This document shows positions 1-7,706 of a stretch of DNA of 54,285 nucleotides, in pieces. The first letter of the stretch is position 1. The number at the start of each line of letters is the position of its first letter. Below the pieces are notes generated by a model that made no database searches, was not told the origin of the DNA, and saw only the letters and a program-made list of their open reading frames with translations. The stretch is from a virus: positions 1 through 54,285 of IMG/VR virus record IMGVR_UViG_3300011431_000001. One strand, written 5' to 3'. A program made the position numbers and the translations under genes.

Positions 1-123
1 CGTTTCTTTCAATATTTTGCATCTTTTAAGGGCAGTTCTTAAATAAGTCTTGCCCTTATTATCCATTTTTATGCCGGTCAATTCTTCTAATTGACTATAA
101 GAAAAATATTCGCCAGGAGTAGA
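1..123. repeat. Terminal direct overlap: 1-123 is identical to 54163-54285 (circular closure or terminal redundancy; unique length 54162 bp)
   Basis: Both ends read cgtttctttcaatattttgc...cgccaggagtaga; compared base by base by eye. Confidence 0.95.
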
Positions 124-186
124 TGAAGAAAGAATATTTTCTATCCTTAGCGTTTCGGCTGAAATCTGTTGTATTGATTTTGCCAT
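1..186 (-). CDS. 5' part (62 codons) of a wrap-around gene for a 151-aa winged-HTH-like protein; continues 54162->53893
   Basis: ATG at 186; MAKSIQQISAETLRIENILSSSTPGEYFSYSQLEELTGIKMDNKGKTYLRTALKRCKILKET reads in frame into ORF 53893-54243 through the overlap (456 nt in total). Confidence 0.7.
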   Translation of the reverse strand, partial: MAKSIQQISAETLRIENILSSSTPGEYFSYSQLEELTGIKMDNKGKTYLRTALKRCKILKET

Positions 187-210
187 TTATTATGTTTTTA
201 TAATTAAAAA

Positions 211-305
211 ATCATATCTTATCGGATCGCATCCAATCGAATCGTATCGCATCAAATCCTATCACATCGGATCCAATCGAATCAAATCTAATCCAGTCAC
301 ATCTC
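211..305 (-). repeat. Array 1: 19 contiguous pentamers ATCNN (NNGAU on the transcribed strand)
   Basis: atcat atctt atcgg atcgc atcca atcga atcgt atcgc atcaa atcct atcac atcgg atcca atcga atcaa atcta atcca gtcac atctc; 18/19 units start with ATC. Confidence 0.95.
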
Positions 306-312
306 AAAAAAG

Positions 313-879
313 TCATTCAATCCATTTCATACTTATTAATTCAAATCTACCATTATTCCCGCCACTAGCTGGCCTCCATGTACCTATTCCACGTAATTTA
401 CCAGCCTCTCTAATAACGGTCTCAAATACACTGGCTATAATTACATCATCTCCAATAAATACTTCAATTTCTCCTTCCCATTCATGTATAATTGGAAATT
501 TTCTTACTACTCTTGTCGTCCCCCCGGTCCTTCCATTGCTTGGAACAAATTGTGATACACCCATTAAGTCTTCCTTTTTTACTTTTGTGACAATATCGTC
601 GCTTATATAAATACCAGCTTTAAAATGTTTTGTATACAGCGATTTACCCTTGCCCGGTATTTGTATGCTTGAAAACTGAGCACAATCTTTAATGCAATTT
701 GAGATCATAATTCCCGGTATTTTTACAAACCCTTCTTTTGTAAAATGTGCCCTTTCTTTCCATATTCTTAAATCATATAAATCATCTCGTTCCTTTTCTT
801 CTTTTGGGAACTCAAATTGAAATGGCCTTCCGAATGTCACAGGCGTAAGACTTTTTAATTTACAAATTGCTCTTTTCAT
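313..879 (-). CDS. Hypothetical beta-rich protein, 188 aa; possible RAMP-like (Cas7/Csm3-type) fold, speculative
   Basis: ORF track; collinear motifs LTPVTFG, KIPGIMISNCIK, GIYISDD, RVVRKFPIIHEWEGEIEVFI, C-terminal Gly-rich GIGTWRPASGGNNGRFEL. Confidence 0.6.
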   Translation of the reverse strand: MKRAICKLKSLTPVTFGRPFQFEFPKEEKERDDLYDLRIWKERAHFTKEGFVKIPGIMISNCIKDCAQFSSIQIPGKGKSLYTKHFKAGIYISDDIVTKVKKEDLMGVSQFVPSNGRTGGTTRVVRKFPIIHEWEGEIEVFIGDDVIIASVFETVIREAGKLRGIGTWRPASGGNNGRFELISMKWIE

Positions 880-1046
880 AAAAATTATACGGCTCTCCCC
901 CGATGTGATTTACGCTCTACACTATGAAAGTGAAGAACCACCGGGTTCGAGCCTTATTTTAAATGAAATTTTAAGATTAATTGTCATAATGAAAGCGTAA
1001 ATCATTATGAAGCTAAAAAACTTTATTGACATTACAAAACAAAAAA
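880..1046 (-). promoter_or_regulatory. ORF-free leader with a long-range 11-bp helix (906-916 / 994-1004) and a crossing GGCTC/GAGCC pairing (891-895 / 948-952)
   Basis: tgatttacgct at 906-916 is the exact reverse complement of agcgtaaatca at 994-1004; GAGCC lies about 10 nt upstream of the ATG at 879. Confidence 0.4.
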
Positions 1047-1070
1047 CCAGGCAACTAAAAAGAAGCCTGG
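1047..1070 (-). terminator. Intrinsic terminator after the portal gene
   Basis: Minus strand reads CCAGGC-uucuuuuuaguu-GCCUGG followed by UUUUUUGUUUUG, 35 nt past the portal stop. Confidence 0.65.
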
Positions 1071-1104
1071 GAGGTGCAATCCAAAACCAACAGATTACAG
1101 ATTT

Positions 1105-2547
1105 TTACTTTAAAGGAACAGGAACCCCATTGCTAGGCACAGGAATCGGAGGCACAATAACAACCGTCTCCGCATCAATTCTTTCCAATTCAGCCTTTGG
1201 GTCAACGACAAATGGATTTTGCTCAATGGCTGTTTCTTTACTCAGTATTTTACCATCAACAGCTTTGGTAAGAGTTTCAATAAGCTCAACGGTATTCTTC
1301 GGCAAATAATATTCAAACTTCGGCTTAATGGTCAGTTTCAAAACAGACCTATATGTTGGATCTAAAATGGCTATGGTGTGTTTCAAAAAATTAATTCGTC
1401 TCTGAACCCCTTCCCCAAATATTTCTTCATTATCGGAGGCCTTGAGATGTGCGTCTAAAAACATTGTTTGAAGTGCTACTGTAGAGAAATACCCGAGCCC
1501 CTTTAAGTTTTCAAAGCTAATATCCGGCGTATGTGTCAGAGTGTGAATATACCTATTCAAATTATCCATTTCAAGCTTAACAGATTCTGGCAAAAAATTC
1601 CAAGTCAAATATTCCACTTTGGCGCCATTCTCTGCTGTTAATAATTTGCCTGTTTCGCCCTTTTGAGCAAACCCCTCCACCTTTCCAGACGCGACAACAA
1701 TCGGACTACCAAAATATTTATTTGTGTCATTATGATCTGAGGTTATAGTTTCAAGTGCTTCAATTAGTGGCTGTACATCATGCCACTCAGTAGCAGGCTT
1801 GCAGTAATAAATAACCGGTATTTTCTTTAATTCATTCGGAAGGCTTGTAAATTGACCGGTATAATCGACACCGTTGCTGAATAACCAAGCATTCCCTTCC
1901 TGTTTGCTTTTGAAAATCTCGTCCGCTGTATATACGTCGAAATGTTGAACCAGTTCGGCTTTTTCATTCATCACTTTATACCCCCGCCCAAATGCAATCA
2001 TGTTACCGAAATCATCAAAAACAGGCCATAGGCTATCACCGAGCGATCCTGCAATAAGCTTCACTCCTACTTTAAATTTAGAGTCCATTGGATAATCAAG
2101 CCAGTAGTCAGCCTCTGCATCGTTCACGTACCATAGTTCGGCGCAATGTCTTTCGCTCATCGTCTTTTTTGCAATAGCCTTGAACTTGTAATTAAGTTTA
2201 TTATCGTCCCAAATCTTTTTTAATATTGTAACGAAATCTTCTTCTGGTTGTCCTTCTGTAGTGACATCTATTTCGGGGCAACCGAGGAAGGCGGCGGCAA
2301 TTAAAACAATCTTTTTTTGGAGTGATAAAGGCAATCTTGCCACTTTTACAATATCAGATAACCCGCCTTCGCCGTCATTAATAATTTTATTTTTTCTTAT
2401 AGATTCATCAAATACCTGATGCCTATAAGGGTCATATTGTTTTAGGCAATCATAAACGTTTTTTATGGTGCAATTAATCTCTAAGGTGTGCATGCACCTT
2501 GCCATGTCGCCGGCGGCCATGAGCGCCTGAAGTTGCTGTAGTGTCAC
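1105..2547 (-). CDS. Portal protein (SPP1 gp6-like by size and position); GTG start
   Basis: 480 aa, immediately downstream of TerL; start codon GTG overlaps the stop of the upstream small ORF. Confidence 0.75.
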   Translation of the reverse strand: MTLQQLQALMAAGDMARCMHTLEINCTIKNVYDCLKQYDPYRHQVFDESIRKNKIINDGEGGLSDIVKVARLPLSLQKKIVLIAAAFLGCPEIDVTTEGQPEEDFVTILKKIWDDNKLNYKFKAIAKKTMSERHCAELWYVNDAEADYWLDYPMDSKFKVGVKLIAGSLGDSLWPVFDDFGNMIAFGRGYKVMNEKAELVQHFDVYTADEIFKSKQEGNAWLFSNGVDYTGQFTSLPNELKKIPVIYYCKPATEWHDVQPLIEALETITSDHNDTNKYFGSPIVVASGKVEGFAQKGETGKLLTAENGAKVEYLTWNFLPESVKLEMDNLNRYIHTLTHTPDISFENLKGLGYFSTVALQTMFLDAHLKASDNEEIFGEGVQRRINFLKHTIAILDPTYRSVLKLTIKPKFEYYLPKNTVELIETLTKAVDGKILSKETAIEQNPFVVDPKAELERIDAETVVIVPPIPVPSNGVPVPLK

Positions 2548-2657
2548 AGATCAAGTGGTTTATAAAATTTTTGTTTGATTATTTCTGAACGCCTGATCTT
2601 GCCCGCCATTGTAGCTTTTGCTTGAAATTGCCATTCTCCTAATTTTCCTGCTGCCAT
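2544..2657 (-). CDS. Small hypothetical protein, 37 aa
   Basis: ATG at 2657, MAAGKLGEWQFQAKATMAGKIRRSEIIKQKFYKPLDL; its TGA overlaps the portal GTG (GTGA). Confidence 0.4.
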   Translation of the reverse strand: MAAGKLGEWQFQAKATMAGKIRRSEIIKQKFYKPLDL

Positions 2658-2715
2658 AATATTAGTTTGAAAACAAAACTAATGATATTTTCAGAACTAA
2701 TTGAAAGAAATGAAC

Positions 2716-4152
2716 TTACCCAAAATATCCAACCTGGTTTTTAAGGTTTGACTTCATACCCTTATATTCCTGAAATTGTTTATCAAGTATGGTTAATACT
2801 AAATATCTCTTGTTATCAGAAATATGGCCTCGTGGTTCAAATGTCACGCCTGTTTCAGGGTCTTTCTCTTTTGTCTTTTGCATCTTACCTTCGGCGTCTT
2901 CTTTTACCATTACATAATCTTCTATGGAAGAAAAACAGGTATCTGAAATCGTAATACTCCATCCATATAAATTGTTTTCGTAAATAGCATTCACAAAAGC
3001 TGCAGATAAAGCAACTTCCGGGGCTGACTTCATAACCTTGTCGGTTACTCTATATCCCCTTGATTTAAGAACTTCAATGAACTTATCATAAAACGACTTA
3101 CTATTAGCGTCTACCGTGCTTCTTTTCTTCCCCGATGGATCCCCGCATACAAAGACCATGTCTGTGTGTTTAATGCTGTCAAGCCAATCAGCAGCCTTGC
3201 CTGCAGCTTTTGGAGCATTATTGTCTGGAGAATAACAAAGTATTTCTTTTATTTGGAAAATGGCTGTGCCACGAACCTGCCAGCCGGTTACCGTTACATA
3301 TGGATTAACGTTTTCATCCAATGATACCCAAATTACCCCTGGGCTGTACTGTACTTTTTTTACATGCTTTGTTTCATCGAATTGTTTCCAAAACTCTCCA
3401 CCCGTTCGCACGATGCCCCATTCAGCGTTAGCAATAGCATTCAGAACCGCCGCGTTGCCATTTGCTATAAGCTTCAATTTTTCGTAGTAGTCATCTTGAT
3501 TTATGAAAAGATTGTCTTTATAGGTGCTCTTATGCTTTACTGATTGATCTTTAAACTCCCCATCGAATAACACTTTTCTTATCCAGTGGGATTGATAAAT
3601 TTTCTCAGTATTAAAAGCCCCGTAAAGTTGAGTATTAGCCTTCTCTGTTCTAAGCCTTGAAAAAAGTATTCCAAAGTCATAAAAACTGAACTGATCAAGT
3701 TCCTCACAAAAAATATGCGTAGGATCCTTTATTGATTTTAGAGAATCTGGGTTATTGGCCCCGAATGGGTTGAACTCATTTTTGTTTTTTTTACATACGA
3801 TAAGCATTGAACCATTTGGAGAGTCAGAGAACGTGAAAAGATGATCCTTCTTTAATTCTTTTATCCTATCGGTTATGGTTTTAAAAACGGTTCCCCTTAT
3901 TGTCTCAAATATTTTTCGGCCATAGTAACACCTGAAATACCCATCATTCAAGCAATCATCAATTAATATATCGACAATGAAGACAGACTTTCCTGAGCCG
4001 TATGATCCATATAAAAGATTTATTTTATTTTGATTGCCCCATAAAGGAAGAAAGGCGTCGTTAACCGGGACGACCCCTGACAATATGAGCTGCAATTTGA
4101 GTTCATTGGGAAGAGGCTTGAATAATGAGGCTTCAAGGGGTTTTTGTTTCAC
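2716..4152 (-). CDS. terL: Terminase large subunit
   Basis: Walker A GSYGSGKS, Walker B-like HIFCEELDQ, C-terminal nuclease-like region; lies upstream of the portal. Confidence 0.9.
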   Translation of the reverse strand: MKQKPLEASLFKPLPNELKLQLILSGVVPVNDAFLPLWGNQNKINLLYGSYGSGKSVFIVDILIDDCLNDGYFRCYYGRKIFETIRGTVFKTITDRIKELKKDHLFTFSDSPNGSMLIVCKKNKNEFNPFGANNPDSLKSIKDPTHIFCEELDQFSFYDFGILFSRLRTEKANTQLYGAFNTEKIYQSHWIRKVLFDGEFKDQSVKHKSTYKDNLFINQDDYYEKLKLIANGNAAVLNAIANAEWGIVRTGGEFWKQFDETKHVKKVQYSPGVIWVSLDENVNPYVTVTGWQVRGTAIFQIKEILCYSPDNNAPKAAGKAADWLDSIKHTDMVFVCGDPSGKKRSTVDANSKSFYDKFIEVLKSRGYRVTDKVMKSAPEVALSAAFVNAIYENNLYGWSITISDTCFSSIEDYVMVKEDAEGKMQKTKEKDPETGVTFEPRGHISDNKRYLVLTILDKQFQEYKGMKSNLKNQVGYFG

Positions 4153-4483
4153 GCAACGCAGATATTATTTTATCAACCTGGGAATCCGATAGGGGTTTGA
4201 AAATTGGTTCGCCATCCTTACCGGTGTGTTCAAGACTTTGCTTCGCCTTCCCATAAGCCCTATCTAAAATCAATTCAGCAGCTCTTATATCGCCCTTAGT
4301 AGCTTTTGCCCGTAATGCAGCTAATATGGCCTCTGCTGCTGTTTTACCGTTTTTCTCTTCTCCTAATATTTCTGCCAGAAGAATGTCAAGGTTTGGCAAC
4401 TTTGTTGGCCTTCCCTTTGGGTTTCTTATTTCTCCCTTTTTAGGTGATACTAGGTTTTTTAATGATTTAGGGCTTACTGGCAT
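4133..4483 (-). CDS. Terminase small subunit-like protein (DUF5681-type NPKGRP motif)
   Basis: Basic N-terminus ...IRNPKGRPTKLP...; position directly upstream of and overlapping TerL. Confidence 0.55.
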   Translation of the reverse strand: MPVSPKSLKNLVSPKKGEIRNPKGRPTKLPNLDILLAEILGEEKNGKTAAEAILAALRAKATKGDIRAAELILDRAYGKAKQSLEHTGKDGEPIFKPLSDSQVDKIISALRETKTP

Positions 4484-4510
4484 TTTCGTATTATTTTCAA
4501 ATTAAAATGA

Positions 4511-5338
4511 CTAAAACAATACAATTTCTTTTTTAAAGTTGTTTTTAAGTGTAAGAAAATCCATATCTCTTTCTTCTTTGTTTAAAAAAGTGTCTTTATC
4601 AGACCATTCTGCTAAATCGTTTTTAATGTAAAACTGCTTTTTGTTTTTGCGCATTATTGTAATCGTTTTATTCAAAAAATCTGTCCAATTAAACTTTGCT
4701 TCGTGTTTTGGGAAATGATTTAGCTTACCAATCTTGTAACTATCAACATAATCTTTTGTTAGTTCCATAATTTCTAAAGATTGCTCTGGAATAATTACTG
4801 GCTCAATGCTTGCCCAGGTCTTTACTCCATTTTGGTGAAAAATTTTCAAAGCGTCAAATCTTTCATCGGGTGCGCTGCTGTTTTTCTCCCAATTCAAAGA
4901 ATCCTTTAAGTTTGTAAAAGTTAAACTTCCTCCTACCTGTATATTATCACCGAATCTTTTTATAATATCTAAATCCTGAAGTACATTATAACCGCCCTTT
5001 GAAAGAATGGAGACCGGAATATTGTGTTCTAAAAGGATTAATAAGACCTTTCTGGTTAGTTTTGTTTTATTATTGAAATGAGAATATGGATCAGTTAAAA
5101 AAGAAATGAAAACCTGCTTATCAGAGTTCCTGTGTTTTCTTGCACTAGCTGTTACTTCTTTTATTAATCCTGATTCTTCTTTAATATAAACATCTGAATG
5201 AACATATCCTGCGTTAAAACGCTTCATCATTTTAGGAACATAGCAATAAACACATCCATGGTCGCATCCTTTAATGTAATTAAGAGCAAGCGGAGAATAC
5301 TCCCTTGCGGCTCCTTGTGGTTCATAAATAGCTGCCAT
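4511..5338 (-). CDS. Radical SAM protein, SplB/COG1533-like
   Basis: CX3CX2C cluster in NYIKGCDHGCVYCYVP close to the N-terminus. Confidence 0.8.
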   Translation of the reverse strand: MAAIYEPQGAAREYSPLALNYIKGCDHGCVYCYVPKMMKRFNAGYVHSDVYIKEESGLIKEVTASARKHRNSDKQVFISFLTDPYSHFNNKTKLTRKVLLILLEHNIPVSILSKGGYNVLQDLDIIKRFGDNIQVGGSLTFTNLKDSLNWEKNSSAPDERFDALKIFHQNGVKTWASIEPVIIPEQSLEIMELTKDYVDSYKIGKLNHFPKHEAKFNWTDFLNKTITIMRKNKKQFYIKNDLAEWSDKDTFLNKEERDMDFLTLKNNFKKEIVLF

Positions 5339-5390
5339 AATTAAATAGTTTTAAAAGTTAATTAATTATAGCCAATTTACTGAATTTCAA

Positions 5391-5948
5391 TCAATTACAC
5401 AAGAAAAACCACAAATATTTTTTTTTAGCCGTTCCGCAAACCCTTATCTCTTTTATTCTGTTTTTAGCCAGAAAATCAAAGAACATTTTAAATATTTTTC
5501 CTCCAACAATTGCAGGACTTTCTTTAACGATTTCATGAGAAAGTCCGTAAGATTTACAAAGAGACGAATCAGGATTGATGGCTATTGTTGAAATAAACGT
5601 AACAACTACATACCCTGTATACTTTCTCTTTAAAAGAACTTCAATCTGTTTTACCGGACTTCCCCATGCATCCAGGTCAATTATATTAAATTGAGATAAA
5701 TCTTTTGTCCTTAAAAAATTAATATTATTTCCAACCCAATCAGCCCTATACTTTCCTACCCGATCTATGGAAAAAACAGATATATCTTTTTGCTCTGCTT
5801 TCTTTATTTCCTTCCAAATAATTCCTTCTCCTGCATAGCAGTCTAAAACTCTTGGGCTATCAACCAAATCAACTACTTCCTTCCTAAGTTTTATCTTTAC
5901 ATTTAGTAAATTATTGTCATTATTTATCCTTATATTATACTTTGGCAT
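5391..5948 (-). CDS. Small SAM-dependent methyltransferase with Trm1-like motifs
   Basis: Motif I VLDCYAGEG; IIDLDAWGSP resembles the Trm1 IDLDPFGSP motif. Confidence 0.6.
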   Translation of the reverse strand: MPKYNIRINNDNNLLNVKIKLRKEVVDLVDSPRVLDCYAGEGIIWKEIKKAEQKDISVFSIDRVGKYRADWVGNNINFLRTKDLSQFNIIDLDAWGSPVKQIEVLLKRKYTGYVVVTFISTIAINPDSSLCKSYGLSHEIVKESPAIVGGKIFKMFFDFLAKNRIKEIRVCGTAKKKYLWFFLCN

Positions 5949-6511
5949 TAATTAGAACTTCTTTTTATTTCACAATAATCCAAAAACTCGACTGGTTTTA
6001 TTATGTTGTTTATTTCTTGGTGCTTTTCAATCGGGAATGAAAGTAATATATGAGCCATTGTTTTTTCCCTCAACGACATATCTTCAATTTCAAAATTCTC
6101 TGACTTAAAATCAGGAATATCCAACCCCCACTCCGTGACCTGCTCTGCATCCCATTCATTAGCGATTGTTTCCCAATCCCATTCACCAAAGCCGATATTG
6201 TCTTTGATTATAAATTCTTTCTGTTGTTTAGGTGTTAACTGGCTGGCTTTGATAATCGGAATCTCCTTTAACCCGGCTTCTTTACAGGCTTTCAGACGCA
6301 TATTGCCTCCGATAACAATCATTTGATCGTTTACAACTATTGGCCTGATTTTTAACATTTCAGGAAATTCCAGAATTGATTTTACCAGTTGTTTGAATTT
6401 TTCGTCCTTAATTATTCTGGGATTATCTGGATTTAGTTTTATTTTAGAAATGTCTTGCAATTCTATAAAAAAAGTTTGTGCACCGTTTTTATGGGAAAGC
6501 TTATTTGACAT
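5948..6511 (-). CDS. ParB N-terminal-domain (ParB/Srx) protein
   Basis: IKLNPDNPRII ... IRPIVV ... VIGGNMRLKACKEAGLKEIPI. Confidence 0.75.
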   Translation of the reverse strand: MSNKLSHKNGAQTFFIELQDISKIKLNPDNPRIIKDEKFKQLVKSILEFPEMLKIRPIVVNDQMIVIGGNMRLKACKEAGLKEIPIIKASQLTPKQQKEFIIKDNIGFGEWDWETIANEWDAEQVTEWGLDIPDFKSENFEIEDMSLREKTMAHILLSFPIEKHQEINNIIKPVEFLDYCEIKRSSN

Positions 6512-6648
6512 AATAAACTAAAAATGAAGATTTATTTATTCACCACCATGCCGGCTGACGTATTTAAAGCCGCTGCCCTCGCTCCAACTTCTTCAATGAC
6601 AGTTATAGTGAGTTCTTTCTGAATGCCGAAATCTGACAAAACTAATAC

Positions 6649-6870
6649 TTATTTTTTCGAATTTACAGTTTTTTCTGAAAGTTCGGTAACCTGAGTATCA
6701 TAACGGAGCTTTATGACCTTTTTATTTTCCATGTCCCACACAGGCCTTTTGGTGCCGCCTATGTTATAGTTATTGTATTTCGGGGAAGTTATCGTTCGGA
6801 AGTCTTTGCCTCGATATTTGAACGGTGCCCCTGCGGATAACTCACTGAGGCGGACCTTCTGGCTTTTCAT
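6649..6870 (-). CDS. Hypothetical protein, 73 aa
   Basis: ORF track, co-oriented operon context. Confidence 0.55.
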   Translation of the reverse strand: MKSQKVRLSELSAGAPFKYRGKDFRTITSPKYNNYNIGGTKRPVWDMENKKVIKLRYDTQVTELSEKTVNSKK

Positions 6871-6926
6871 GAGGAAGATTTAAATATCATTTTCATCTAG
6901 TTCATCTAGTTGCTTTTGGGTTATTA

Positions 6927-7334
6927 TTACGGAATGGAGAATTTTATATCAATGTTTAATTCTTCTCCGGTTAATGCGAAGTATAAATTTTGTAGTTGAT
7001 GTACAAATTTAATTTCCTTGCCTAAATTATATTCTCCATCATTTACAGAAAATCTAAAAACGTTTTCATTTTCTTGAATTTCAAAATCATTAATTTCGAT
7101 AGTTGAATATACGTCAATATCGTTTTTAATAAATCCACATTTTTCAAGTATTTCAGAAGTTAATGGAATTGGTTGGATTCTTATTCCATAATCGTTATGA
7201 GTCGCCAATGATTGTTGGTGTATTTCGATTAATACACCGAAATCAACTTTCTTAAATTTATTATCTCCATAACTTACCCAATTGCCTATTCTCAACTCAT
7301 TTGCTGCTATTGTTTTTGAAGTAACTGCTTCCAT
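6927..7334 (-). CDS. Hypothetical protein, 135 aa
   Basis: ORF track, co-oriented. Confidence 0.6.
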   Translation of the reverse strand: MEAVTSKTIAANELRIGNWVSYGDNKFKKVDFGVLIEIHQQSLATHNDYGIRIQPIPLTSEILEKCGFIKNDIDVYSTIEINDFEIQENENVFRFSVNDGEYNLGKEIKFVHQLQNLYFALTGEELNIDIKFSIP

Positions 7335-7345
7335 ATATAAAAATT

Positions 7346-7549
7346 TTATTCAACCATTGTGTCAGACAAAATATTTTGGAATGATTCCCTATCAAGTTTT
7401 GAAATGTTGTCGCTTACTCTTACAAAGTAGTTTGCGTTTTCACATTCATACACTTCGAAGTATTGGTCATGGTCATTAATGGGGATAAACCATTCCGAAT
7501 ACTTGTGTATTGAATGGCCAGAAACGATGTAGCTGTTTATGATTTTCAT
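7346..7549 (-). CDS. Hypothetical protein, 67 aa
   Basis: ORF track, co-oriented. Confidence 0.5.
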   Translation of the reverse strand: MKIINSYIVSGHSIHKYSEWFIPINDHDQYFEVYECENANYFVRVSDNISKLDRESFQNILSDTMVE

Positions 7550-7579
7550 TTCAACCCCTAAGCTACAATTTTATAAAAG

Positions 7580-7656
7580 AACTGCCACAGTATCACGTAT
7601 AACCATTATCGAGGTAATGAAGCCCCGTTTTTTAAATTTTATGACCTGTGGCAGTT
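7580..7656. repeat. Perfect 11-bp inverted repeat AACTGCCACAG / CTGTGGCAGTT with a 55-nt spacer, in a 157-nt intergenic gap
   Basis: Arms at 7580-7590 and 7646-7656, read directly. Confidence 0.85.
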
Positions 7657-7706
7657 AACCGGCCTGGCATTGATATGCGTCCGGGATTTAACCATTAAAC
7701 CTTATC

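Noticed and set aside
211-305. Repeat arrays (also 53830-53889) as CRISPR arrays
   Set aside because: The unit is 5 nt with no repeat/spacer organisation and there are no cas genes. It is also not a coding repeat, given period 5 and stops in frame.
941-952. tRNA-like T-arm sequence GGTTCGAGCC, suggesting a tRNA gene or fragment
   Set aside because: No 5-bp T stem, acceptor stem, D arm or anticodon arm can be drawn on either strand. The flanking GGCTC...GAGCC span is only 62 nt.
1007-1309. Plus-strand 100-aa ORF
   Set aside because: It overlaps the 3' end of the portal gene in antisense and spans the terminator.
6892-6909. Perfect tandem duplication TTCATCTAG x2 in an intergenic gap
   Set aside because: It is real but has only two 9-nt copies, which is too short to assign any function.
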